Source of the DNA: Eledone cirrhosa
Lineage: Eukaryota
Direction of reading: 5' to 3'
Assembly: GCA_964016885.1 (NCBI GenBank)
Contig: OZ024743.1
Coordinates: forward strand, 254,572,001-254,636,000
DNA length: 64,000 bases
The translations under genes and the position numbers were made by a program. The notes beneath the pieces are model-generated. The model was given only the letters and a program-made list of their open reading frames with translations, did not search any database and had not been told where the DNA came from. Below are positions 26,960 through 39,126 of this stretch, in pieces (the first letter of the stretch is position 1; each line of letters begins with the position of its first letter).

Positions 26960-27820
26960 CCAGGTTACTCTGTCTGGTTTGGGGCTTTATTCCAGTCATA
27001 AGTCTTGCCTGTAGAGGGTTGTCATATCAGATCTTCCAATTACTTTCTGTGTCATATGTATCTAATACATTCTCCAACTTTTCATATGCATCACATATGG
27101 CATTTCTGAAAGTATATCTAACACAGATCTCCTTTAGCTTCCATGTTCTTCATATTTTCCTGTATTTCTTTGTTCTGTTTTGTGCTTATTCTGATGTCAC
27201 AAATAACGAACATATGTTGTGTGGTGCAAACTTCTCTGGAAAAGAGTTTAGTATTCAAAACCATCTGCCTATCATGTTTTCTAACAAGTAAAATATAAAT
27301 CTGGCTTGTGTGTTCAACTGATTGGTTGATGATCAGGTATCTGGCTGGTTTCCTGAAGTCTGAAGTTAGCATCTAAAATTCACATTACATAATTCTAGGA
27401 GTCTTACTTTCTCTTTATTTGTTGAGCCATAATTATATCCATCATGTACTCTAGTGTAGCCATCCTGGTGCTGCCCAATATGTCCATTGAATTCGCCACC
27501 TAGGTTGATGAGGTCTCTGATATTTGTCACTGAGTTTGTCTGTATGTGTACTTCATAGAAAAGGTCCATTTGTTCTTTTTGTTCTTTTGATTGTCGCACA
27601 TAGGTATAGATGTTTGTTTTCAGTCTATTGCCTATAACTATAGTTCTGTCATTTTCACTACAACAATTATCTTACTTATCCACTTGTAATCTAGTTGAAT
27701 GGCTACTCCACTTACCCCATTCCTTCTCAGAATAGTTTATACCTACGCTGTTTGCCTGTGAGGGTCAGGCTGACATTACCTTCCATCTCACCTCTTGGAC
27801 ACAGCATACATCTACTTGTC
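26960..27820 (-). mobile_element. Old RTE LINE 5' (APE) remnant
   Basis: ORF 27366..27599 GGEFNGHIGQHQDGY, colinear with the APE of the other RTE copies. Confidence 0.75.
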
Positions 27821-28294
27821 TCAAAAAAATGTTGCGAACATTTTTTTTCACATTTAGTTAGAATGTGTGAATAGTCGTCCTGAAAGTTTTATCTGATACA
27901 CATACACTCATGGACATTTATTCTCTCATTTACACCTATTCATAGATATTGTCATTTATTCTCTTGCACTCACATGCATGCATACACACACACACATTCA
28001 AACGTATACACCCATCAACATACTCACTGACATTCACATACAAACATATACACATTTTTTGTCAGATATAATTGTGATATGACAGTGATAAATTTGAGAA
28101 TATATGATAATTTCCTGTTAAATACAAGCTTTGTTTTGAGAATCCACTCAAGTTAACAACTATATAATAAAATAATGTAATATATATAATATGTAGTTTC
28201 TTCAGTGGTGTCAGGGGGTAACCAGTTACGAGATAAGATCTTTATTATATATAGAAATAATTCCTACAGGACTAGAACTGTTTCATACGTATGA

Positions 28295-28343
28295 AATTCC
28301 TGGTGATTTCATATGAATGAAACAGATCAAGACCTGTAGAATT
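28295..28343 (+). ncRNA. Hammerhead ribozyme motif (A6G core variant) inside a fold-back
   Basis: AATTC-CTGGTGA-T-TTCA TA TGAA-T-GAA-ACAG atcaagac CTGT-A-GAATT; preceded by an inverted copy of its own 3' half (28248-28297). Confidence 0.65.
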
Positions 28344-28425
28344 CATTTCCATATAGATGTTTCTTTTATTCATTTATTGGTTTCAGTCATTGACTGTGGA
28401 CATGCTAGGGAAGGCATCACCTTAA

Positions 28426-28644
28426 CTCTTTAGCATTTAAACCAGCCGTATCTGGCCAGAATTCTCTCACCTCTTTCTGTTCAAAATGATATAACTAGCC
28501 ACTCATGCTGATGTTAAGGTATTGTTCTTAAAATAAATAATATCAAAATCTCATAGGTTCTATATTATGTGAGATATCATGTAAGATAAAGCCTTTACTG
28601 TGAAAATACAATAGTATATACAGAGTAACGTAAATGCTAAAGGG
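28426..28644. mobile_element. piggyBac-like MITE
   Basis: TTAA-CTCTTTAGCATTT ... AAATGCTAAAGGG-TGAA; opposite-orientation relative of 49070-49401. Confidence 0.7.
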
Positions 28645-29766
28645 TGAAAAGGATATATTCAATCATATAGGCCCTAACACTTAATTTTGAATGTCTGGTA
28701 TCTATCTTATCGATCTTCCTTAGTTAAGTCACAGGCTTATATACAGTCACGGATACCCCCACCCACCACCACACATACACACCACAACCACTTACATATA
28801 TATATATATATATATACAAATCTCACTTACAAAGAATTATTCAACTGAAGCTGTCATAGAAGAGACTTGCCAAAGGTGCCATACAGTGAAAGTGAACCCA
28901 AAACCATGCAGCGGTGCAGTGAAATCCTTAACCACACATTCGTGCCTGCACAAAAACAACCACATGCATTCTCTTTGCAGGTTCGTACACATTGAACAAA
29001 CGAGATGCTGGTTGGCAGACCGTATTGCTGAACATTGGATACTTCTGTTGCCCATCATTTCTGTTCCCAGGTCACTCTTCTCTACATGTCTCAGTCCTGG
29101 GTGTCCTTTTACATCACGACTTACAGGCCTCACACACCAGGACTGAAGAGTGTCTGATTTATTGCCTTGGGTCCTGTTTTCCTCATGGACTCAACTCCCC
29201 TCCCCAATTTCTTTAATATTACACATACTTTTGTGCTTTCTTCTCTCTCCTTTACCCCATCACGTTCACCCCGTCTATTATTACACATGCGCTTGTACAT
29301 TTACCCCTAGATTCCTATGGCTCACCTAATTGTCAGAAACATATACTCTTACAGCTGATACAGACCAACTAAATATGCACACACACCTCTACTTTTCCCT
29401 TGACAGCTCTGTATACACATAAACGCATTCCCTTATATTAACATACTTTTGCTCACAGCTTTATACTTACAGACAGACACACACACTCTTTTACTTAAAT
29501 ATACACACACATATGCTCTTAGTTTCGTACAGACGTATAACAACACACACACACACACACCTATATACAAAACTGTTTTTTTTCCATTTCAGGTAGACAT
29601 GCTCCATCATCCACTTTTCTAAAAAAAATGTCGTACAAAAAACACCAGCATCAACAGCTTTCCAAGAGATGGCAACATGAATGGAACTGTTATTTTTCTC
29701 TAAAAACATTTTTTTTCAAATTCCGCCTCGCCCGTCCCTTCAATCTTTCTAATTTTGTTTATTCTT

Positions 29767-29802
29767 TCTTCTGATGAAGGACTAGCGTCCGAAACGTTAA
29801 GA
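29767..29802 (+). ncRNA. Minimal type I hammerhead ribozyme motif, intact core
   Basis: TCTT-CTGATGA-A-GGAC TAGC GTCC-GAA-ACGT-T-AAGA: 4-bp stem I, 4-bp stem II, loopless palindromic stem III. Confidence 0.8.
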
Positions 29803-30055
29803 CCATTTTCCTGCTATTTCAAGCATTAACCTAATATATTCCTTCCATATACTGTACTGATTGTGTTGTTATTTCTGTTTGCCATTTAAATTAACTATGG
29901 AGATATAAAAGATACAGAAGCGAAAACCAAACAGTGAGTGTGTTCTGTTATTATTTCTGGCAATATTATTACAACAATATGACCCTCCACAAGTATAACA
30001 ATATATATGTATATATGTGTATGTATATATATCCATATATATACATATGTACATA

Positions 30056-30441
30056 CAGGCGATGACACAAGACCGAGAAATATGGTGTTACACAATAATA
30101 GAGAAGATCCAACTTCCCACAGGTACAAGCCGAAGCTGAAGCATATAGACAGTATGCCCTCCACCTCCTCCCACTGTTAATTGGTTGTGTAGGTGTTACA
30201 ACAAAAAAAGCACCAAATCCACACTGTAAAGTGGTCATGTAGGTGTCACAGTAAAAAAGCACCCAGTATACATTGTAAATGAGGTTGTTGTTAGGAAAGG
30301 CATCCAGCTGTAAAAATCAAGCCAAAATCAGTTCTGTATGAGCAAGACTCGGTCACCCTACCTGATATTGTCCAGAGCAGGACAACCCGTCTAACCCATG
30401 CTAACATGGAAGAATTGACGTAAAACGGTGAAGATGATGAT
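30056..30441 (+). mobile_element. RTE 3' end/3' UTR fragment
   Basis: Matches the 3' ends at 51280-51662 and 53735-54113; terminal hairpin and GATGAT tail. Confidence 0.75.
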
Positions 30442-30675
30442 ATATATATATATAGGCACATGGATGAGTGGTTAGAGAATTGTATTCGCAATCGTCAGGT
30501 CGTGCTTTCAAATCCCGAACTGGATGATGCATTATGTCCTTGAGCAAGACGCTTTATTTCATGCTGCTTCTTCTACCTGGAGTGGCGACCGATAGTTAGT
30601 ATTAGCAATTGGAAAGACCAATGGAAAAACTGTTTCCTCGGTCCGATTTGACAAAAAGTCGATCGACTGTCATAT

Positions 30676-30901
30676 ATATACAATGATATTAAATAAATGG
30701 AAACTATATTTATAAAACTAGGTTATAGGATAACTTGAAGTGTTAAGGTATATTTCCTTGGTTATGTCAAAATTTATAAAACACACTTTGTATTTTGTCT
30801 AATGATAGCGTACCAAAGTTTTTGGTACCCTTGAAATATATATAATAGAATAAATATGGTTTTATAAATATAGTTTCCATTTATTTAATATCATTGTATA
30901 T
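30676..30901 (+). mobile_element. Fold-back mini-element: 43-bp perfect inverted ends enclosing a G5A hammerhead motif
   Basis: 30676-30718 is the reverse complement of 30859-30901; internal TTTGT-CTAATGA-T-stem II-T-GAA-ATATATAT-A-ATAGA then AATAAA (30794-30854). Confidence 0.75.
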
Positions 30902-30997
30902 TATACTCCAGAAAAACTGTAGAGTGCTCTGACAGTTATAAACATTTATATTTGTTAGATTACCAACAAATTGAATATCCCTTCTGCTTATATATAT

Positions 30998-31954
30998 ATC
31001 ATCATCATCATCAACGTTTAACGTCCGTGTTCCACGCTTGCATGGGTTTGGACGGGGGTAGTCCCACTTGAGGCAAGAGTGATTGTCTTGCTCGCATAGG
31101 ACTGTCTGGCAGGTTTTCTACAGTTGGATGCCCTTCCTAACACCAACCACATTTACAGTGTGGGTATGGGAGGTTTTTACCGTGTTGCCTACACGGCCAC
31201 ATTACAGCGTGGACTGTGTGTTTTTTGTCGTGACACCTACACGATCTCATTTGTTTCGGCCTGGATGGCGCGGCACCAACATAACTTTACATAGAACGGG
31301 GTGGTGTGGATGGGGTGGGGGTGGGGTGGGGGGAGGACGGGGTGTATTTTGTTAGAGATGCCTACTGGCTGGAGTAGGTTTTACTATATATTTAGGTAAG
31401 GCGGGTCTTCTCTGTTACTGAGTACCGCCAAAGGTCTCGGTCCAGTGACATTGTCTTGGAGAGGTGTAAGTGTGTGATGTCGGAGTTTATCAGCTCGTCC
31501 CAGGTTTTTCTAGGTCTGCCTATTCCGTGACTACCGTCTATCTTTATTGCCCTGCACTTTGTTATACAGCTATCGACTTTCATGCGCATCACGTGTCCAT
31601 ACCAACGTAGCCTTCTCTCGAGTAAACAACATCTGATCCCTCTTATCTCTAATTTTTTCCTTAGTTCGTTTATGCTTTGCCGTTCACGTATATTACTGTT
31701 ACACATCCAGCGGAGCATGCAAGCTTCGTTCCTCTCTAGTCTGCGTATATCCTCTGCACACAATGCCCAGGTCTCACTGCCATGCAACATTGCTGTTCGT
31801 ATGCAGGCATCGTACAACCTGCCTTTCATTTTTAGGGAGAACCCTTTAGCAGCTAATAGTGGTATAAGCTCTCTGAACTTTTTCCAACCAGTTCTGACTC
31901 TAGCTACAGTACTTTCAGAGCACCCTCCCCCACTGCTGATTTTATCGCCCAGGT
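30998..31954 (-). mobile_element. RTE LINE family A, 5'-truncated
   Basis: ORF 31392..31988 is almost identical to the C-terminus of 33848..34771; same 3' UTR and tail. Confidence 0.92.
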
Positions 31955-32030
31955 AAAAGGAATTGTGGTAAGGAACCAAATGAACCATAACGCACCAGCA
32001 TACTCAATACTTAGGGTAGTAGAGTGAGAA

Positions 32031-32092
32031 ATAGGAAAAAGTATGACCCCCTCGAAACGGCTTGAGCTCTGCCGTCGGGGTCATACTTTTTC

Positions 32093-32096
<4 letters not shown>
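32031..32096 (+). repeat. 20-bp perfect inverted repeat enclosing the 3' half of a hammerhead
   Basis: ATAGGAAAAAGTATGACCCC / GGGGTCATACTTTTTCCTAT around CTC-GAA-ACGGC ttgagctct GCCGT-C. Confidence 0.75.
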
Positions 32097-32129
<33 letters not shown>

Positions 32130-32604
32130 TAATTTAGCAAAAGCTAGTCCTATTTGTGTTGTTGTTCTTGTAACTTTGTGTTCTTTCATCATCAACCTTT
32201 TTACATCCATTTTTTCCATGCTGTCATAGGATACTCAAAAAGACCAGTTCTTATTCCAGTTTCCTGTAATATTGACTGAGAAGACCAGATTCTGTAGCAA
32301 GCATTCAAGCCTGGTTTCTGTTCTGAGAATCTTTCTGTTTTTCTTTGCCAAAATCCTGGAGGCTCAGGACAGGGAATTGTGGCCTTGTCTTTCATTCTTG
32401 ATTAAGTCATTAGAAAATGAAAAAATGTTCTTCTTTGATAACTTAATACTGATACCTTGATTGGCAGTAACAGAAACAATGATTGATAATTATCTTGATT
32501 GTATTTTCTAATGTCACTATATGATGCCTTGATTTTGCTTTTCACTCTTCTGGATATAATAAAATTGGTACCAGTAAAACACTGTGGATGACTTAATGGG
32601 GAGC

Positions 32605-32960
32605 TGCCTGAAAAATTGTAATCACCAGTTTACTTGCAGGCCAAACTTTTAACGACTAGTTTGTTTAGGTGCCAATATTTTTGAAAACACATTCGCTAAG
32701 TTAACATAATTTTAACAATCAGTTTGGTAAAATGATGCAAATTTTTAAAGTCTTTCAATAAGCATAATTTTAACAACTAGTTTGGTAAGATGACCGAGAT
32801 TTTTTAATCTTTTACATTAAGTTAGCAAAATTTTAACAAGTTTGTTAAACTTTCGTAACATACCAATCAGTTTTTTAGATAGCAAAATTGTATCAGCTGG
32901 TTTCTTAATCTAAAAATGTTTAAAATCAATTCACTATGTTACCAAAATTGTTCAGTATAA
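32605..32960. repeat. Degenerate minisatellite, about 30-33 bp units (AAAATTTTAACAACTAGTTTGGTAAG-like)
   Basis: Recurring AATTTTAACAA motif at roughly regular spacing. Confidence 0.6.
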
Positions 32961-33462
32961 AACATTCCATAAGTCAACAACATAATATTGTTTCAGTGAT
33001 ATTATATAATTTCTAATTTATGCACAAGGCCAGCAAATTTGGGGTAAGGGCAAAGTTGATTACATCAACCCCAGTATTTGACTGGCTCATTATTTTATCA
33101 AGCTAGGATGGATGAAAAGTAAAGTTGACCGCGGTAAGATTTGGATTCAGTATGCAGAGAGTTGGGACAAATATTGCAATGGCATTTTGTTTGAAGCTCT
33201 GGTAATTCTGGCAATCCACCATGCTTATTTAGAGATATAGTATTAAAATGAGATTACATCTAGGATTCAAAGAAACTGGTGAAGATCGGTATTGTTAAAA
33301 TTAAGTCAATGTAAAAGTTAGATTGATAAAGTTTTATTTGACATGACAATTGTAAAACACAGTTTTGTTGCTTTGGCTCTTAACTTGGAAGTGATGAAAA
33401 CAGAGATAAAACTGAAACCATGCCTGCTTCATATGTATATATATATATGTATATATATAGGT

Positions 33463-36400
33463 ATCATCATCATCATCATCATCAACGTTTAACGTCCGTA
33501 TTCCACGCTTGCATGGGTTTGGACGGGGGTAGTCCCACTTGAGGCAAGAGTGATTGTCTTGCTCGCATATTTCTAATCTGGCAGGTTTTCTACAGTTGGA
33601 TGCCCTTCCTAACACCAACCACATTTACAGTGTGGGTCTGGGAGGTTTTTACCGTGTTGCCTACACGGCCACATTACAGCGTGGACTGTGTGTTTTTTTG
33701 TCGTGACACCTACACGATCTCATTTGTTTCGGCCTGGATGGTGTGGCACCAACATAAAGTTACGTAGAACGGGGTGGTGTGGTGGTGGTGGGACGGGGGG
33801 TATTTTGTTAGAGATGCCTAATGGCTGTAGTAGGTTTTACTATGTATTTAGGTAAGGCGGGTCTTCTCTGTTACTGAGTACCGCCAAAGGTCTCGGTCCA
33901 GTGACATTGTCTTGGAGAGGTGTAAGTGTGTGAGGTCGGAGTTTATCAGCTCGTCCCAGGTTTTTCTAGGACTGCCTATTCCGTGGCTACCGTCTATCTT
34001 TATTGCCCTGCACTTTGTTATACAGCTATCGACTTTCATGCGCATCACGTGTCCATACCAACGTAGCCTTCTCTCGAGTAAACAACATCTAATCCCTCTT
34101 ATTTCTAATTTTTTCCTTAGTTCGTTTATGCTTTGCCGTTCACGTATATTACTGTTACACATCCAGCGGAGCATGCAAGCTTCGTTCCTCTCTAGTCTGC
34201 GTATATCCTCTGCACACAATGCCCAGGTCTCACTGCCATGCAACATTGCTGTTCGTATGCAGGCATCGTACAACCTGCCTTTCATTTTTAGGGAGAACCC
34301 TTTAGCAGCTAATAGTGGTATAAGCTCTCTGAACTTTTTCCAACCAGTTCTGACTCTAGCTACTGTACTTTCAGAACACCCTCCCCCACTGCTGATTTTA
34401 TCACCCAGGTAACGGAAGCTGTCCACTATTTCTATAGAACCCTCTGCGCAATTGAAAGAGCTAGTATTTTTTGGGCACTTGCTGCTAATTATTGCACCAG
34501 AGCACTGGCCACATGTAAAATCTATGTTCTTAGTTAGCTTACCTGTGATCCCACTACATCTTTTATGCACCCATACTTTGCATTTAGGACATAAAATGGA
34601 GTTTCTACCTACGCCTTTCCTACACACCGAGCACGACCATTTCCCAGAAGGGACCGCCACCTTATTTTCTTTCCTACAAACTAGAACTTTAGTCTTAGCC
34701 AGGTTAATTTTAAGTCCTTTTGATTCTAGGCCGTGCTTCCATGTTTGGAATTTCTTCTCTAGCTCGGCCATTGATTCCGCTATGAGTGTCAGGTCGTCTG
34801 CGTATAGGAGTTCCCATGGGCACCGGTCTTGAACTCCTCTGTTATAGCCTGAAGGGCAATAATAAATAGTAGGGGGCTGAGAACAGAGCCCTGATGGACG
34901 CCAACTTTTACGCTAAACTCTTCACTATATTCGTTGTTAATTCTAACCTTGCTGACTGTTTCTTTATACATGGCTTGTATAGCTCTCACAAGCCATTCGT
35001 CAACGCCTAGTTTTATAAGAGCCCACCAGATAATGGAGCGGGGGACTCTGTCGAAGGCTTTCTCCAAGTCGACAAAAGCTAAGTAGAGGCGTTTACCTTT
35101 AGCTAGGTACTTCTCCTGTAGTTGTCGTACAATGAAAAGAGCGTCTGTGGTACTTTTGCCTGACACAAACCCGAACTGCATTTCATCTAGATCAATTCTC
35201 TCTCTGATTAGTTGTGCTATTACTTTTTCCGTGACCTTCATGACCTGGTCAATTAATTTAATGCCTCTATAGTTACTCCTATCTAGGGCGTCTCCTTTAC
35301 CCTTATAACAGTTAACGATGATGCTGATATGCCAGTCCTTCGGAACAACCCCATTCTGTACGACTTGGTTAACTATGCGGGTGACCATGGTGTGTCCCAC
35401 CGTGCCAGATGCCTTCAGCATCTCAGCAACTATTTCCTAAGGCCCAGACGCCTTACCCGTCTTCATATCCTTGATTGCCTTATTTATTATACTCCCCTCG
35501 ACTAACACTGCTGGTCCCTCTATTGGGTCGATATGGGGGAGACTGTCTTTCTCCCATTTATTCTCCTCATTTAGTAGCCTTTCATAGTGACACTTCCAAG
35601 CTACCCTCTTATCAGCGTCGGTGATGGCAAGTATGCCATCATCGTTAAGTACACACTTCTCCCCGACAATATCACGGTTTTCCTTGACGCATTGCCTAGC
35701 AATCCTGAACACCTCACGTTTTTGGTCCTCGCGTTGTAGAACATGCTTGAACTTTCTTTCCTCAGCTTCCCTTCTTGCTAAGTACACTTGTCTCCTAGCT
35801 TCCCTCCTGGCCACTAGTCTTCTCTACTTCCCCCATCCCGCCATACTTTCCAAGCCTGCTTTTTGGCCTTAATTGACCCCTCCACCTTACTGTTCCACCA
35901 CCATGTTACTCTCCTCCTGCCTACAGGCCTGCTCCAGCCACAGACTTCGTCTGTCGCCATCAGCAGGTTTGCTTTCAGAAATTCCCACTGTCCCTCTATA
36001 TTGTCCAACTCTAAATGTTCTTCCTTACTGTCGAAAGCATCAAGTAATATGCTTTGAAATTTATTTCTGGCTGTGGGGTCCTTTAGCTTCCATATTTTTC
36101 TCCTGAGGATAGTCCTCTTCTGCTGTCGAGTACGTCTCGTCCTCACTGTGAGGTCGCTAATTATAAGTCTATGTTGGGAGGTGCATTCTTCATGGGGGAG
36201 GGATTTAGTGTTTACAACAGACACTCTGTCACGTCTTCTGGTAAGGATATAATCTACCTGGCTTGTGTGTTCCCCGGATCTATAGGTGATCAGGTGATTG
36301 TCACGTTTTTTGAAGTTAGTGTTACAGATAGTTAGGTTATTTGCATCACAAAATTCCAGGATTCTGGAGCCTTCCTCATTTCTAGTACCAAATCCATAGC

Positions 36401-37180
36401 CTCCATGGATTTCGTCGTAGCCGTCACAATGTTGTCCAACGTGACCGTTTAGGTCGCCTGCAATAATTATATAGTCACTGTCGGTTATTTGGGAGGTAGT
36501 GAGCATCAGTGTCTCATAGAATCTGTCTTTTATAGTGCTGGGCAGTCCGGATTGGGGTGCGTACGCGGATATTACTGTCACCGTAGTTCTATTGAGGACA
36601 AGTCTTATTTTAATTATTCTGTCGTTCACTCTATTTACGTCTATTATCTTATCTGCCCACTTTTCTGCTACCATGATTCCTACTCCACCCAGCCCATTGT
36701 CGTTTCCCACCCAGAAAAGCTTATAGCATCGTTTTCTACCCACAATGTATCTAGCAGATCCACCCCTCCACCTGGTCTCTTGAATACAACAAACATCGAC
36801 CTCCTTACGTTCAAGCATTTCTACAACCTCGTTAGAGCGACCCTTTAAGGTGCCTACATTCAAGGTACCAAATCTGAAGTTTTGGATTGCGTTTGGGGGG
36901 TTGGGAAGGTGGGAAGCGGGGGGAGATGGGGTTATGTTAGCCATCCGCGGCCGAAACAAAGAGGCATGCTCGCATTTTCGTCCTCGAGGTGTGATTGTCT
37001 ATAACTTTGGCATTGTCGCTGAGCGTCCAGATTTTTCTCTCTTCAACTCTCTGGAACTCCGTAGTCCTTCCATCCTACATATCGAAGGCGACCAGGTAAG
37101 CGATAGTATAGGCCTCTGGCTTATGATTGGTCCACGTAATAATAATGGGGGCGGGAGGGAGGAGTGTCGAGTTGTTAGCG
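33463..37180 (-). mobile_element. RTE LINE family A, full coding region (APE-RT-PHD-like finger) with a few disablements
   Basis: ORFs 35814..36959, 35437..35814, 34789..35421 and 33848..34771 tile one polyprotein; 3' UTR and (GAT)n tail. Confidence 0.96.
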
Positions 37181-38844
37181 AGAAGATAGGTTTAAGTGAG
37201 AACCCCGTATTAACGAATAAAAAATACAAGATTGGGTGGGTGGTGGTGGTGATTTGACCGCATGTTGTAGAGTGTGGTGGAGGGGAAGAAGATATTAAGG
37301 AGCGGGAATTTAAGAGTTTGAAATAGTAACATATATTTGAAATATTGTTAAGTGTTTGAAGTGAGAAATATATTTAAAATATTTGTATATGAGAAGATAG
37401 GTTTAAGTGAGAAAGAACCCCCGTATTAACGAACAAAAAATACAAGATTTGTTTAGTAAATATACGTCAAATACTTCCGTCTTTTTACGACCATGACAGA
37501 AATACAAGAGATTTGTTTTGGAAAATACATGGGGAATGGAAAGAGGTTAGAAAAAAATGCTATTGGAAGGACTAAAAAGGCTGTTGGAAGGACTGACTAT
37601 GGAGTTAGGCGTATGTTAGAAGAGGTGGAAAAATGAGTACATTACATTATAATCATGAATGAATGAAGTTACAGCCACAAGTTTGGCGAAAGTGAATTAC
37701 TTTGTCTTATATATGTATCTGGGTTGGGTAGAGAGAGAGAGGTGTGGGTGGTGGTGGTGATTTGACAGCATGTTGTAGAGTGTGGTGGAGGGGAAGTAGA
37801 TATTAAGGAGCGGGAATTTAAGAGTTTGAAATAGTAACATATATTGGAAATATTGTTAAGAGTTTGAAGTATGAAATATATTTAAAATATTTGTATATGA
37901 GAACCCCGTATTAACGAACAAAAAATACAAGATTTGTTTAGTAAATATACGTCAAAAACTTCCGTATGTTTACGAGCATGACAGAAATACAAGAGATTTG
38001 TTTTTGAAAATACATGGGGAATGGAAAGAGGATAGAAAAAGATGCTATTGGAAGGACTAAAAATGCTGTTGGAAGGACTGACTCTGGAGTTAGGCGTATG
38101 TTAGAAGAGGTGGAAAAATGAGTAAATTACATTATAATCATGAATGAATGAAGTTACAGCCACAAGTTTGGCGAAAGTGAATTACTTTGTCTTATATATG
38201 TATCTGGGTTGGGTAGAGAGAGAGAGGGGTGGGTGGTGGTAGTGGTGGTGATTTGACCGCATGTTGTAGAGTGTGGTGGAGGGGAAGAAGATATTAAGGA
38301 GCGGGAATTTAAGAGTTTGAAATAGTAACATATATTTGAAATATTGTTAAGAGTTTGAAGTAACAAATATATTTAAAATATTTGTATAAAGGAAGATAGG
38401 TTTAAGTGAGAACCCCGTATTAACGAACAAAAAATACAAGATTTGTTTAGTAAATATACGTCAAAAACTTCCGTATTGTTACGAGCATGACAGAAATACA
38501 AGAGATTTGTTTTGGAAAATACATGGGGAATGGAAAGAGGATAGAAAAAAATGCTATTGGAAGGACTAAAAATGCTGTTCGAAGGACTTACTATGGAGTT
38601 AGGCGTATGTTAGAAGAGGTGGAAAAATGAGTACATTACATTATAATCATGAATGAATGAAGTTACAGCCACAAGTTTGGCGAAAGTGAATTACTTTGTC
38701 TTATATATGTATCTGGGTTGGGTATAGAGAGAGAGGGGTGGTGGTGGTGATTTGACCGCATGTTGTAGAGTGTGGTGGAGGGGAAGAAGATATTAAGGAG
38801 CGGGAATTTAAGAGTTTGAAATAGTAACATATATTTGAAATATT
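37180..38844. repeat. Tandem array of about 500-bp units abutting the RTE 5' end
   Basis: Landmark TGTAGAGTGTGGTGGAGGGG at 37266, 37774, 38265 and 38764 (periods 508, 491, 499); the RTE-proximal unit is internally deleted. Confidence 0.92.
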
Positions 38845-38850
38845 ATGTGT

Positions 38851-39110
38851 GAAGGCAGGTGGAATAGAGGGTCATGAATTTGACTCCTGGTGGCACATTG
38901 TGACTTTCAGCAAGGCACTTTATTTCACATTGTTCCAGTCTAGTCAGCTCTCAAGTTTGTGTTGTACCTGTAAGTAAAAGCGCCAGCCTTGTCCCTGTGT
39001 GAAACTGAATCTCTCCAAGAATGTGCATTAATCTGTGGAATACTCAACCATTCGTGGGTTAATTTCAGGAGCAGGCTCTTTTGTTGTTTGAACAGCTGGA
39101 ACATTTATTA
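38851..39110 (+). mobile_element. SINE family 1, decayed
   Basis: GCAAGGCACTTTATTTCACATTG and GTTAATTTCAGGAGCAGGCT match the copy at 45073-45395. Confidence 0.7.
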
Positions 39111-39126
39111 ATATAAATGAGGGTGG

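Noticed and set aside
30905-30945. GAAAAACTGT-AGAG..CTCT-GACAGTT hairpin
   Set aside because: Possibly another stem III half, but no core is present; insufficient evidence.
32201-32395. 64-aa ORF in non-repetitive-looking sequence
   Set aside because: No recognisable domain or convincing splice signals.
37180-38844. CRISPR-like or rDNA-like array
   Set aside because: Whole units repeat with no unique spacers and show no rRNA similarity; the context is eukaryotic.
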